Virus record (IMG/VR): IMGVR_UViG_3300031519_000025
Location: 1-57,963 of that record
Strand: one strand, 5' to 3'
Length of the DNA: 57,963 nt
DNA from: a virus
Lineage: Duplodnaviria > Caudoviricetes
This document shows positions 26,701-34,400 of the stretch, in pieces; position 1 is the first letter of the stretch; each line of letters starts with the position of its first letter. The notes under the pieces were generated by a model. The model had not been told where the DNA came from and did no database searches. It saw only the letters and a list, made by a program, of their open reading frames with translations. The translations under genes and the position numbers were made by a program.

Positions 26701-26825
26701 GACATGCTGTCATCTCTAACCAGCTCTATGCTATACCCAGCTTTTTCCGCCGCTTTAAGGCCCGCGAGCATATCTGTTTCGTTATCAAAAATTACTGTTT
26801 TGTTGTTAATTAGATACTCGTACAT
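17775..26825 (-). CDS. Giant internal virion/ejection polyvalent protein (3016 aa)
   Basis: Last gene of tail/ejection module; Gly-rich hydrophobic segments, degenerate zincin (QEVGH), sigma-region-2-like segment, HAD domain (DFDDT/LTAR/FADD). Confidence 0.7.
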   Translation of the reverse strand: MYEYLINNKTVIFDNETDMLAGLKAAEKAGYSIELVRDDSMSKKADDNFMTEKTPEEQLRATQLEASGGVAGTSEVSQEDFTQDPAGSADVVSETPAQQDTELPQVDTSLDSLLSNIPEVEEPPVLEEKEKEIPKFELEKKSVILLEGPLGWIDPPKIGSYGGKFGRRAVKEGEELRAFKATTDAILNSNTIYQLGIDGHSVSQLMENNVQPELRAHIVDVYSKNNPNLELPSNVRIDKMVTARLEKARVKEVEEFYEEDNKRATEYKKGGLYYDTIKTGFSEFTAKMNPLEQNFAGLRQEYLRLTRIINTGTGGNPLEAQKERVLLKPKLETAFEALNNQYRTGFYNYTMLFNPESGEMVSKEEADAFDIGAQDYTKQANELLQQYKSLDEISLEQQFFSHILDKDNLKNKLNQKFDFKANSYIALESYGYKADEQGIYRGVRIGDLMNFRQTKTPEGELMLNEILYTEPPLDRYGKVMPYISQQFGYLNDLASERISLSLKGEALKNAYVLNIDPGSVEIDGSDYITRFIETVGEATFGEEAISRIGTTKRKELDQAEKLLLNAGIELSDKQKETFKRGMGMRVTEGVAGFVPVLAEFALLNKVVGAVGVAKYIVDLAKPLAKLSAGQNLRRKLLSYVYGAALEEVKFELVTRGEAKTGGGAGFYMGGKLSGAFLPKFIGIAGQKIIGGATGGVSGAETAKIVEALVEDLGGVKAFETSMEEYFGDMDEATSQMIVDGIVFGVLGVQNVKSTDFYSMSKRRSTYTKIAKEIKEGRYKGKELKQKINLIQELGAQIAIADKEFNDLDIGSQRTQAEKARKALRDGKLEDGSSMTESDKLVTEKIINKYEANVASAQRRITNAFDNVFKSGVFKGDIKLVITEGKELLPGGLEPGNKAQYDPARKTFKVDLLQYKPGVFAQEVGHAFMDMAFKNNPEVAKAFKGKIQKTVDTAFKGLEFTVNGQKGLSFQEAIDTAYPGAKNKPAEEYVMNVVEFLAAPANKALLLENGVLPGLKRSILNTATDIGLPYNTKKNFTTGAEVLEFLADLGRVAEGGSATAIKNKFEQFKNIIIDGKKLKTVYGEEIFSEKEATGALGSAKIEPSEKKDIFSKATRGYEEMIAGGSTAEQAGVMVGYEMQPLIRKKLRSYIVKKGLEIPDAIVEDIVSDVALSSGKGTASVPSAVVSYNKGANLIKYIKENPKATPAEISKKAEEFGVRVDRVQSFVDLAKEGGEATMTSYVFGQLNNRILGVMQKPEYRDIFNTFSIDKNPGQIDNLAEGEGLGGGGVSDGYVDLSSPEQNVRINRIKAEVALKLPEEVKEAINTVGERLLMSTPLKNLEAKQEGKIELPSGKTAEIVISKSEQATIEIEGEPTETMRVRSPKILEEKFGTGKKSFIKSPTTKEKLYRDAIDLIYPKLEKTMGGLKDNYTATPEYEAFIDNAYPLLKDYLSQSAVNKRFADFKEPAIDKKTGKVLKKKTSAGGTVFTKKAITLAEWRKYFIGDGSKRIDGRRRSIAEAFAGEFGFDSVMEALSKESMKAQIESRQEEIGVDLIENYVAVIAKEIDRGNPGVMASKVIEIVKNNGGTGIEVFYDSKGNMMPINEILKTKAGREAILYIESKAQNDLQKDFVLIKNQNKINSDLKAKLAERGIDFSEQFDNIRGAAPEQLMEYDQAIKEILSYLPKITETFTATESTNLAGNLLASLLGYTGRRTASGTILGAPEFRNRFILDPKTKTARNVIGSKNLSKEVSELWTDAINFAQKNNFAGNGISISLKSRKFLKSVRDLQMDSDLTIQQKKEAIKKLPNAKEAKLDITVKEKMLDALLATIGEIGGKMEAGSPELKQFSIAVGKMLLNNDGAGIRRFSSENYIELSINKGLKVTTKNKKTGGINISEAGVKNEHLISKAQFGAEVIEALIDGKLTPSNIKKITSQYISVIGSKNGQLLTDRLIGTTIENSARLKMLVSKMFENNLKTIDVTTLKDFYNWTTGENAYTEMIREYAETAIKQPLLADKALKQANIDMIKEVGLENMVVSDVISSSVFASKTIIIDKAFEKGRDPNKKPKGISVFDFDDTLARTKSNVLYTMPDGTKGKLNATEFAKKSEALEAKGAEFDFSEFSKVVKGKLGPLFSEAKKKEGKYTNKDLFVLTARPANSAKAIYEFLKSEGLEIPIDNIVGLGDGAAKAKAEWMVGKVAEGYNDFYFADDAIKNVEAVRDALGLFDVKSKVQQAIMASKKLSLEKSLAGMIERKKGIPANEKLSAAVAANMGRKKGRYDWFIPNAAEDFAGMMYKFYGKGEQGNKDMALIKEALIRPFNRAENAISTYKQRLGADYQALEKQLGQMDLVISKETKAKLEKSSMNADQAARVFIYNKLGYDVPGLKSGEISNLVRIVNGDARLKAFAEGVMGITKTDRVFPRPGETWFSSNTRYELYKYATEGVRGEFLKEWEANVDKMFTEENYARIEAGYGKDYVTNLKEMLSRMKTGKTRSSDLGKDVQAGMDYVNGSVGVIMFLNTRSAVLQTISAVNYVNWSDNNPLEIGKAVAKPKEWGKTFLEIYNSDFLKQRRGGLEINVEEAEIAKAVERSKGKARALYDGLIKIGFKPTQMADSFAIAFGGTPFLMNRTKTYVKQGLTLEAAKKRAFEDFREVSEESQQSSRQDRVSNIQTGIAGRLIFAFANTPMQMTRMTKKATLDLAYGRGDAKTNISKILYYGAVQSYIFYALQQSQFLRLFGGDDEDMSQEQKDFNKKNNDEKTTRIANSMFDSFISGSGSPGKVAITAKNTVLKYMKEKEKGYKADYGNVINEALSISPPLSSKTKKIYSAFKTYKYYSTKQGQKELEEFGQYAFDNPMLMANAKVFSSVSNVPADRLIQKVNNLYSAFTDEALTPIQSIALAAGWDKWSLGLYDPKFMSEEEVATNKAARKEQLKKEKIAKKEAAISSYDMKMSEPERREILKVLSKKQQLDSLNALGVTIKEKRELYKMKEIDRIERIIQLQNKRQFYIETRNLNQTRQDSLK

Positions 26826-26852
26826 AAATATATATTTTAATTGTAGTAATTA

Positions 26853-28448
26853 TTATCTAGCTTTGTTTGCTGCAACTATTTTTTTAGCCATATCTCTCGC
26901 TTGGGTAGCCGAAACATATCCTGCATCTTGAATAAAATTAGTTAATGTTTCAAAGTTGTTTAAATCAAAAGTTTTTGAGTTTAAGTTTTTAGCAGGTTTA
27001 ACCGGGGCATTTGTTATAGGATCCAAAATAGTTTTGTTAGGATTTCTGTATTTTTCTATGCTTTGAGGCGTTTCATTATCAGCAAACTTAGGTCTATCCC
27101 AATTTATCGTCATGACACCATTATTAAATACCGCGTTATTTATAGGTCTTCTTTTGCTATTTATAGTTAGCTTTTTTCCTGGTCCAACCGAAAGAAGTTT
27201 CATTACTGGTTCAATACCCACTGGGGCATCTCCCGCTGTGGTAACTAAAGATTCTAATCCCGAGTTAAAGTCAATGTAGCTTTCAAGTCTTTCGGTACTG
27301 GTGGCCCCTTGTTTTATAGCAGCAGGACCTCTACTCTCGCGGCGGTATTCCGTGGCTGTGCCTTCGTTTTCCAACTTTACTTCTACTGCTTTTATACCAT
27401 ATTTTTGCAATATGTTATCCCTAACCTGATTCCCAATCATTTTTTCTTGCTCGTCTTTAGAGAGAGCATCGAATTCGTCTGGATCTATTAATAAATCGTT
27501 TAAAGTCTGATTTCTTTGGGTAATAGAGGGGGCAGTGGTTATTGTAGCATTAATTTCCATTATCTCCGTGTTCAATAACTTATCAAGCTTACCTGCATTG
27601 ACTTCCTGCCTAACAATTTTATATCCTTTATCATCCACTTCTTCTGTGGTAATAGGAACGCTGTCTGCTAGGGCCTGATTTAGCGCTAGGCCAGACACCC
27701 CTTCCTGTTCCACTAGTATTTTGTCTTTAAGCGTTGCATCTAGATATTGGGAAGTAGTCTGGTTTCGTTTCCCAAAAAGCGTCCCCGCAGCTTCTAATTC
27801 AGCTTCGCTAAATCTAGCTTGTCCTCCGTCAGGGGTATTTATAAGAAGATAATTTATACCATCGTCTTGCATTATGTCATACCCATAGCCTTCTGTAGCC
27901 ATTAATCCTTTAAGAATAAGTTGAGCAGACTCGCCTTTATCTCCATTTATAGGAGTATAGTGCACAAGATCTTTTAACTGACTTGGTGTTAATTCTGATA
28001 GCTCAGAGGCTTCGGGCATTATAGAACCTACATTGCCCATAAAGCCATTTAAGTTCTCTTGTTCCTCTACATTCTTTTTAATTTTAGCCACCATTTCAGG
28101 GCTTTTGTTTCCCACAGCTTCAATTCTTAATCTTCCGCCCTCGTCTACGTTTTTTTTCATTTTGCCAGTAAAATTTTCACCAACATTTTTCATTAAACTC
28201 TGCTGCCGTTTGTATTGAGCGGTTCTATTTTTTGCATTTGTTTCTATGGCATTAATCATTGCATCTGAGTCTCTATCTCTTTTTAGTTGAGCGGCTTTGG
28301 CTTTTTCTTCTTTTCGCTTTTGTGCTGCTTGGTATTGGGCTTCCATACCCATAATACCTTTAGATATGTTTTGGGCACCTAATGCTATTGCTTGGCCAAG
28401 TATTTGTCCAGACTTGTCGTCGATTATTTTTGGATTTCTATAACTCAT
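26853..28448 (-). CDS. Putative internal virion (ejection) protein
   Basis: 531 aa, helical N-terminus, position between pilot and giant protein. Confidence 0.55.
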   Translation of the reverse strand: MSYRNPKIIDDKSGQILGQAIALGAQNISKGIMGMEAQYQAAQKRKEEKAKAAQLKRDRDSDAMINAIETNAKNRTAQYKRQQSLMKNVGENFTGKMKKNVDEGGRLRIEAVGNKSPEMVAKIKKNVEEQENLNGFMGNVGSIMPEASELSELTPSQLKDLVHYTPINGDKGESAQLILKGLMATEGYGYDIMQDDGINYLLINTPDGGQARFSEAELEAAGTLFGKRNQTTSQYLDATLKDKILVEQEGVSGLALNQALADSVPITTEEVDDKGYKIVRQEVNAGKLDKLLNTEIMEINATITTAPSITQRNQTLNDLLIDPDEFDALSKDEQEKMIGNQVRDNILQKYGIKAVEVKLENEGTATEYRRESRGPAAIKQGATSTERLESYIDFNSGLESLVTTAGDAPVGIEPVMKLLSVGPGKKLTINSKRRPINNAVFNNGVMTINWDRPKFADNETPQSIEKYRNPNKTILDPITNAPVKPAKNLNSKTFDLNNFETLTNFIQDAGYVSATQARDMAKKIVAANKAR

Positions 28449-28451
28449 GTT

Positions 28452-29426
28452 TTATATTTTCTTAAATTCTACGTCTAGTTGAGAATAATCAACTCGATCA
28501 AATCCATCATTTCCTTTTGTAACTGCTCCTTTTGGTATTTCATCAGACATTACCCCGCTGTAAGTTCCCTCTCCAAAGCTTTTATCTATGTATTCAAAAG
28601 AATATATATTTAATCCAGAAGGTGATTTACCGGTTTTTAATATGTCAGTTTTTAATCTTCTGTCAGAAGGGTCTGGTTTGGGCTTTGGCGCTAAAGATCC
28701 GCCTTCTGCAAATGCTCCAGAGCTCATTAGCCCACCTACCGAAGATGTTATACCGCTTATCATGCCCGCAGTTGCTTGCGCTTTTGCTGCATTAGCATTC
28801 GCTGCATTTTGATTTGCTTGGTCAATACCTCCTTGCATCCTGTCTAATGTCATCATATCCCTTTGCTCTTGAGCATTAAACATAAATTGTTTACCTTGAG
28901 CTTGAGCATTCTGAACACGCCCTTCCTCACTAATTTCCATTTGCGTAAGTTGCATTTCTTTTGCTTGCAAATCCTGTGCTCCTTGGGCCTTCATTTTTTC
29001 ATTAGCAGCTTCTTGCTGCTCTATGTTAGCAGCAACATCTTTTTTACTTGCTCTAGCGGCTTGAGCTAATGCTGTGGCGCCCCCTGCACTTGCGCCGGTT
29101 GCTTGTAGTGTATCTAAAGTGTTAGCTAGCGCTATATCTGTTTGTTCCATTTGGATTTCCGCAGCTCCCGTAGCAACACCTAGACTGGCAAAGGGGTTAG
29201 ATAAATCGCCTCTCATATCGTCTATTAAACCAGATAAAGAGGTTACATCAGAAAAAGGGTTAGTTACGGCTTGCCTATTTGCTTCAAATTGGGCCATTTG
29301 CGCACTTATTCTTGCTTTTTCTGCGGCTGCAGCCTTCGCTGCTTTCTTAGCAGCTTTACCACCGATAATTCCACCGGCTACACTACCTAATACTCCGATT
29401 CCCGCGGCTACTATTATTCCTGACAT
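28452..29426 (-). CDS. Pilot/ejection-like protein with C-terminal peptidase S74 autochaperone domain
   Basis: Hydrophobic Gly/Ala N-terminus, Q/A coiled coil, then SDRRLK..I...G.NIY.F.Y...GVM..E.P..V....G..RVDY. Confidence 0.7.
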   Translation of the reverse strand: MSGIIVAAGIGVLGSVAGGIIGGKAAKKAAKAAAAEKARISAQMAQFEANRQAVTNPFSDVTSLSGLIDDMRGDLSNPFASLGVATGAAEIQMEQTDIALANTLDTLQATGASAGGATALAQAARASKKDVAANIEQQEAANEKMKAQGAQDLQAKEMQLTQMEISEEGRVQNAQAQGKQFMFNAQEQRDMMTLDRMQGGIDQANQNAANANAAKAQATAGMISGITSSVGGLMSSGAFAEGGSLAPKPKPDPSDRRLKTDILKTGKSPSGLNIYSFEYIDKSFGEGTYSGVMSDEIPKGAVTKGNDGFDRVDYSQLDVEFKKI

Positions 29427-29881
29427 AACTTTTCTTTTTTATTATATTCCTCAAGTGTCATTGAGAAAAAATTATTTTCTACTTGTTCCATGTTTTTTGT
29501 ATTTGTGGGGTTGGCTATCACGTTTATCCAAACGCAATCCTCAACACATCTAACAAGCCTTTTTGTTCCTTTAATAGAATAAGACCAGCAAGGCGCAACG
29601 TGCTCTACAACCTCATTATCTGACTCCACTATTACTTTACCTGAAAGCAAAAACCAAAAATGATTTGTATGGTGTATTGCGCTGATAACCACAGTATCTG
29701 CTTTCATAGTAAGATGTCTCATATAAAGACCATCTGTAAAATTGTTTATTATAGGAAACTCTTCATTGTTAACTAAAGATTTTCCGTCACCGTATATTCC
29801 TTCTACTTTATTGTTTTCTATGAAAACATTTTGTAATACTTCCAGCTGTTCTATAAAGTTATTTGATAATTCTTTATTCAT
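29414..29881 (-). CDS. Cupin-fold protein
   Basis: F.DG.Y.R.L.M.ADT.V.S.IH...HFWFLL.G...AP......GTKR. Confidence 0.65.
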   Translation of the reverse strand: MNKELSNNFIEQLEVLQNVFIENNKVEGIYGDGKSLVNNEEFPIINNFTDGLYMRHLTMKADTVVISAIHHTNHFWFLLSGKVIVESDNEVVEHVAPCWSYSIKGTKRLVRCVEDCVWINVIANPTNTKNMEQVENNFFSMTLEEYNKKEKLCQE

Positions 29882-29890
29882 TTAATTTAA

Positions 29891-31480
29891 TTATGATGAT
29901 TGTACGAACCCTGTGCTTACTGCAAACAATTCTTTTCTTTGGCCGCCACTTTGGGTGTACATGGTTACAGTAGCAAAAAATCCTTTTACCCCGGAGGAGG
30001 ATCTTCCAAATACAACTTCCCCTCTTTGTGACGTTGTGTTATTTGTAATATCCGCGTAATACTTGTCTTCTTTTAATTTAAAACTATTAATTAGTAACGA
30101 ATTTTGCATTTGATCTAAGGTGGTAGCAAAAATTGCTTGCGATATAGGCAAAGCTCGGTCGGTATTAGTTATAAATTCAGACATACTCCAACCACTATCT
30201 CCCTCGTAGTTTATGGTTTGAAAGTTTTTAACCATTGAGGGACCCCCGTTAAAAACAAAGGTTACTCTCGCACTGTAAGTTACTCCATAAAATCGCACCA
30301 TTGACGAGTTGTTTGGAGGTTTTTCATAATGCTTCCATAATTTACCTTCGTAAGCTGTAAAATAATTGTTGTTTAGACTAATAATTTTATTAGGTCTGTA
30401 ACTAAAAAGGCTTACCCACCCTTTGGCTGTTTCATCAAAAGCTAATGTGTCATAGCTGCTTTCAGTGGCAAAAGAACTATCTGACTGGCGCATAGATAAA
30501 ACGTATTGCTTGTTATGTGCATCCCAGCCACCTATTAAATTATCTTTAGCAGTAGAAAGCTTATCTCTAAAAAAGTCTGTCATACCATAGCTAGATATAA
30601 CTGTAATGCCGTCCCTAGATAATCTACATACAACATTTTGGTTTCTGTCGGTAAAATACTTTCTGTATCCATTAACCGCAAATGATTCCGGATCTGTGCT
30701 TATGCCATATTCTCCTGCGTACGCTACATTTTGCCCGATAACTAGATTTCGACTAGTAACGCTAGCATTCCCTTCAGCTGAGTATATTGCATCTTTATCA
30801 ATTAAAGATCTACTTACTTTGCTTTCTTGAAAAATAATTAAGTTAGTGTCTTCCGCATATAATTTTTGTATAGAGCCATTAGCTGGGTCAATTGTGCGGG
30901 TTATGTCTTCACCGACTGAAAATTGATTTGTTTGATTGACATTTGTTCTAGAGTTAAATATGCCGGAATGTATAAGTGAACTAAATCTATGTTTTTGCCT
31001 AGGATCTTCTTCTACTAGATAAGCCTTAACCCCAAGATCTACACTTGTATTATTATACCCACCTCGTATTCTGGACTCTTCTAATAACCAATCCGTATCC
31101 ACATCTGCTGTAGCTATATACGCTTGAGGTATATTATCAAAATTAATAATTTTGCCAAGCACTACATTCTGTGGCAATGACGGACCAATAGGTATAGGGG
31201 GAGAATCGTTTACTGTAATCTTGGTTGTTGCTCCACTATTGTCTAAAGCCACCACATAACTGAACCATTTATATGTGGTTCCTGATATATCCCAAAAAAC
31301 AGTGGTTTCCATCCCCACGTTAACCCTGTTAGCGGACCAAAGGGTATTGAGAGTCATTACTTTAGTAGAGGCATCGTATGTATCTATTTGAGCTGCAGTT
31401 CCTGGAAGAACGTCTGTAATTGATTTAATTTTTTTAAGCCAAAACGTATTAAAGTATTTTAATTCTATTATTGCTGCCAT
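29891..31480 (-). CDS. Tail stabilisation/nozzle-type structural protein
   Basis: EESRIRGGYN, IHSGIFNSRT..N.TNQFS, GEYGIS..PESFA, TLAFDE..KGW.S. Confidence 0.65.
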   Translation of the reverse strand: MAAIIELKYFNTFWLKKIKSITDVLPGTAAQIDTYDASTKVMTLNTLWSANRVNVGMETTVFWDISGTTYKWFSYVVALDNSGATTKITVNDSPPIPIGPSLPQNVVLGKIINFDNIPQAYIATADVDTDWLLEESRIRGGYNNTSVDLGVKAYLVEEDPRQKHRFSSLIHSGIFNSRTNVNQTNQFSVGEDITRTIDPANGSIQKLYAEDTNLIIFQESKVSRSLIDKDAIYSAEGNASVTSRNLVIGQNVAYAGEYGISTDPESFAVNGYRKYFTDRNQNVVCRLSRDGITVISSYGMTDFFRDKLSTAKDNLIGGWDAHNKQYVLSMRQSDSSFATESSYDTLAFDETAKGWVSLFSYRPNKIISLNNNYFTAYEGKLWKHYEKPPNNSSMVRFYGVTYSARVTFVFNGGPSMVKNFQTINYEGDSGWSMSEFITNTDRALPISQAIFATTLDQMQNSLLINSFKLKEDKYYADITNNTTSQRGEVVFGRSSSGVKGFFATVTMYTQSGGQRKELFAVSTGFVQSS

Positions 31481-31486
31481 TTATGA

Positions 31487-34400
31487 TTATGGGTTAAGTG
31501 GTTTAGCTACTCTCAAGGTTCCCTTATTTCTGTAGTTTTGTAAATGATTAAATTCTGCGCTCTCTTCTTCAAACACCCTTATTCCAGCTACTCCTGTGTT
31601 ACTAAGCAAACTAGGTTCCTTTTTGCCTGTTTCAGGTGAAAAAGCTACATTAAATTGCAGGTCTTGATATATAGTAGTTTGCCCTGGAATATTATTTCCG
31701 TATTTGTCGGTATCTACTAAGTTATTATACGGAAGAATATTTGATAAAGCACCTCTGTCTAATTTAATGTTTACGTACTTATTTGTTTCCTCTGTGGGTA
31801 TAAACAACACATTATTTGAGGGACCCGTGTAAAGCTCGGTTGCATAGTCACCGTATGGGCTTCTAGCGTATCTGTAAGTGTGGGTTGAAACTGTATCATT
31901 ATTTATGTATCTCCAAGCAGTGTCACTATTAGTCCCAACAGTGCTAGTGTCATACTTAAACAGTTTTCCAGGCACACTTCCGTTTGCAGTGTAAAGATTT
32001 TTATTTTGCCATGCTGCGCATGTAGGAAAATTTAAGTCATCAGCTATCACATAAGATCTGCAGATACCCTCATTAGTGAGTTGAGCGTCTCCAGAATTAT
32101 TGTTTGGGCTGCATTGTTGTTGCCCAGTAAGAACTATTGCGTACTCAATACCCGCAGCAGAACTAGCACCGGCCAGAGTAGAATCATATAAATCGTCAAA
32201 ATCAAATGCCCTCATAGTCTGCACCCATACGTTCTGGAGATCTTCTGAATTGCTTACAGCCCTAAACACACCTTCATTAGGAGGTGTAGGTACCTCAATA
32301 GCACTATTGAAATAGGTAAAGGTAGTTTCTAACGCAGGTGCGTCATTATAGCGTCCAAAATTCGTGTTCGTTGTGCTTCCAACCTGATTCATTTCTGAAC
32401 TTCTTCCTAATAAAGTCCAATTAGGATTTTCATTTACTTCTGTTGGCTGCCTATAGTAAAACCTTGCATTTGGCACAAGAAATACATTAGGTATTTGCGC
32501 AAATCTAGAAGGAGAGAAAGTATTAATTGTAAAATGTATCACGCCACTTCGGTGCGAACCAGTTCCTATCTTGTGATAAAAAACAGGGGTGTTAGCACTA
32601 TTACTAAAATTCGTATCAAGCCCTTTAGCCTGGCTAAGTATTTGATTTTGAGCTCCAGACCCTATATCAGCAGCCATTGGGTTGCTGGTTCCTATATAAT
32701 AAATACATCCCGTTGTATGGCTGCCTTTTCTTCCTGTAGGGCCATAAGGATTAGGTATACCCCATTTCCAATGCCCAAAAGAGCCATCCGGAAAAGCAGG
32801 AGGAGCTCCATTAACTGCAGCATTAATTTGCGCAGAAAAATTAGATGATATAATTTTAGCAGGTATTCCAGAGTTACTATTATCTACTACACAAATCCTT
32901 CCTTCTGTTATTTCGTCGTTTAGCGGGGTAGGGTTTAACGTTATAGTAAAATTCCTGAAGGTACTAAGAGGTTCATATCCTTCGAATAAACCAGCTGAAT
33001 TAGAGTCTCCTTCGGCATCAACTACTATTAGTCTTACATTGTATGTAGCTAATCCGTTACCCTCAAACTCATTGTTTGGGGTGAGTTGTGTTAATTCCCC
33101 CGTAGTCTCATTCATGTCCCAGTTACTAGGAATCTCATTACCACCTCCACTTGGGTTTTTTATTATGTAATACCTAAGTCCTTCTTTTTCTCCAGCTGCT
33201 GTAGCACTACCGTTTTTAGGTTGTAAGCTAGTAATATCACCCGCAGGTATTAACACTGCTGTGGAGGGTGTAGCGTCGGTTACATTACCAGGCTGGTTTA
33301 CCGTTGGTTGTACGTTTTTTAAAGCTCCAAAGCCTCCTTCCACACCATTAAGCTGCACTACAAAAGGATCTCCAGTTGTAGGCTCAAGAGTCACCTCAAA
33401 AGAATAAACATCTCTTGTGGGGCTAGCTGCTTCATATATAGGAGAAGAGCTTTTTGTATATATAATTTGGAATTTTCCTTCATTGATAGTACCTACAGCC
33501 CCTTTTACAATATCAAAATCAGTGTTAGGTTGATCAAGCCCGTTTCTTATGCCACTTAAAGAAGGTGTTAAATCCCCTACGTAAGGATCTCCTTCATTGT
33601 TTATAGCACTAAAATACGAAGGAGTAACAGCCTGATTTTGTGTAGTATCCTCCTTAAATTCCCAATTGAGGTTTTCAAAACCAACTACACCAACATTTGT
33701 TGAAGCCACATCCTGATTTAGATCAACTATTAGCCCCGATGTAGTAGTTTCCCAATAAATATCTAAAAGAGATTCTACCGCTTCTGTTTCATAAATAGCT
33801 AAATAAGGAAGCATATTGTATGGAAGGTCTCCTACAGCTGCAATATTTTCTTGCCCTATTGGTTTTTCTGTGGTAGATATTCTTGCTATTAATGGCTTCG
33901 TGTCTATTTGATAAAAAACTTTATTTCCATAATCGCCTCCCACGGTAGTACCTCCTGTCGAAGATAAATCGCTAAAAGCCATATCAAATTCATCCGCTGT
34001 AGCAATAGCTGTCGATGTATGCGAAATAGCATTTTGACCCATAGACTGGAGCCTTGGGTAATATTGCGTATTAGAAGGAATAGCCGGGCTTGATGGACTA
34101 ATCATTGTATTAGATACAATACCGTAAAGAGTTACAGAGCTTCTAAATTGTTTTTGATCAGGGCCTACTTCGGCTAGGTCTCTAGGAATTTTATTTATAT
34201 TGTCATTAAATAAAACAGTATGAGCGGTAAGATTCACCTCGTCTGTTGGAAAAGGACCATTATTCACCCCTGTAGAGCTCTGCCCAGGGTACCCGTTGAG
34301 TATTCCAGGCAAGTAAACGTTATAGTAATCTTGTTCGGTTTGCTTTACAACTATTTTATAACTGTACCAACCTAAGTCATTTATAGTATAAGCAAATTTT

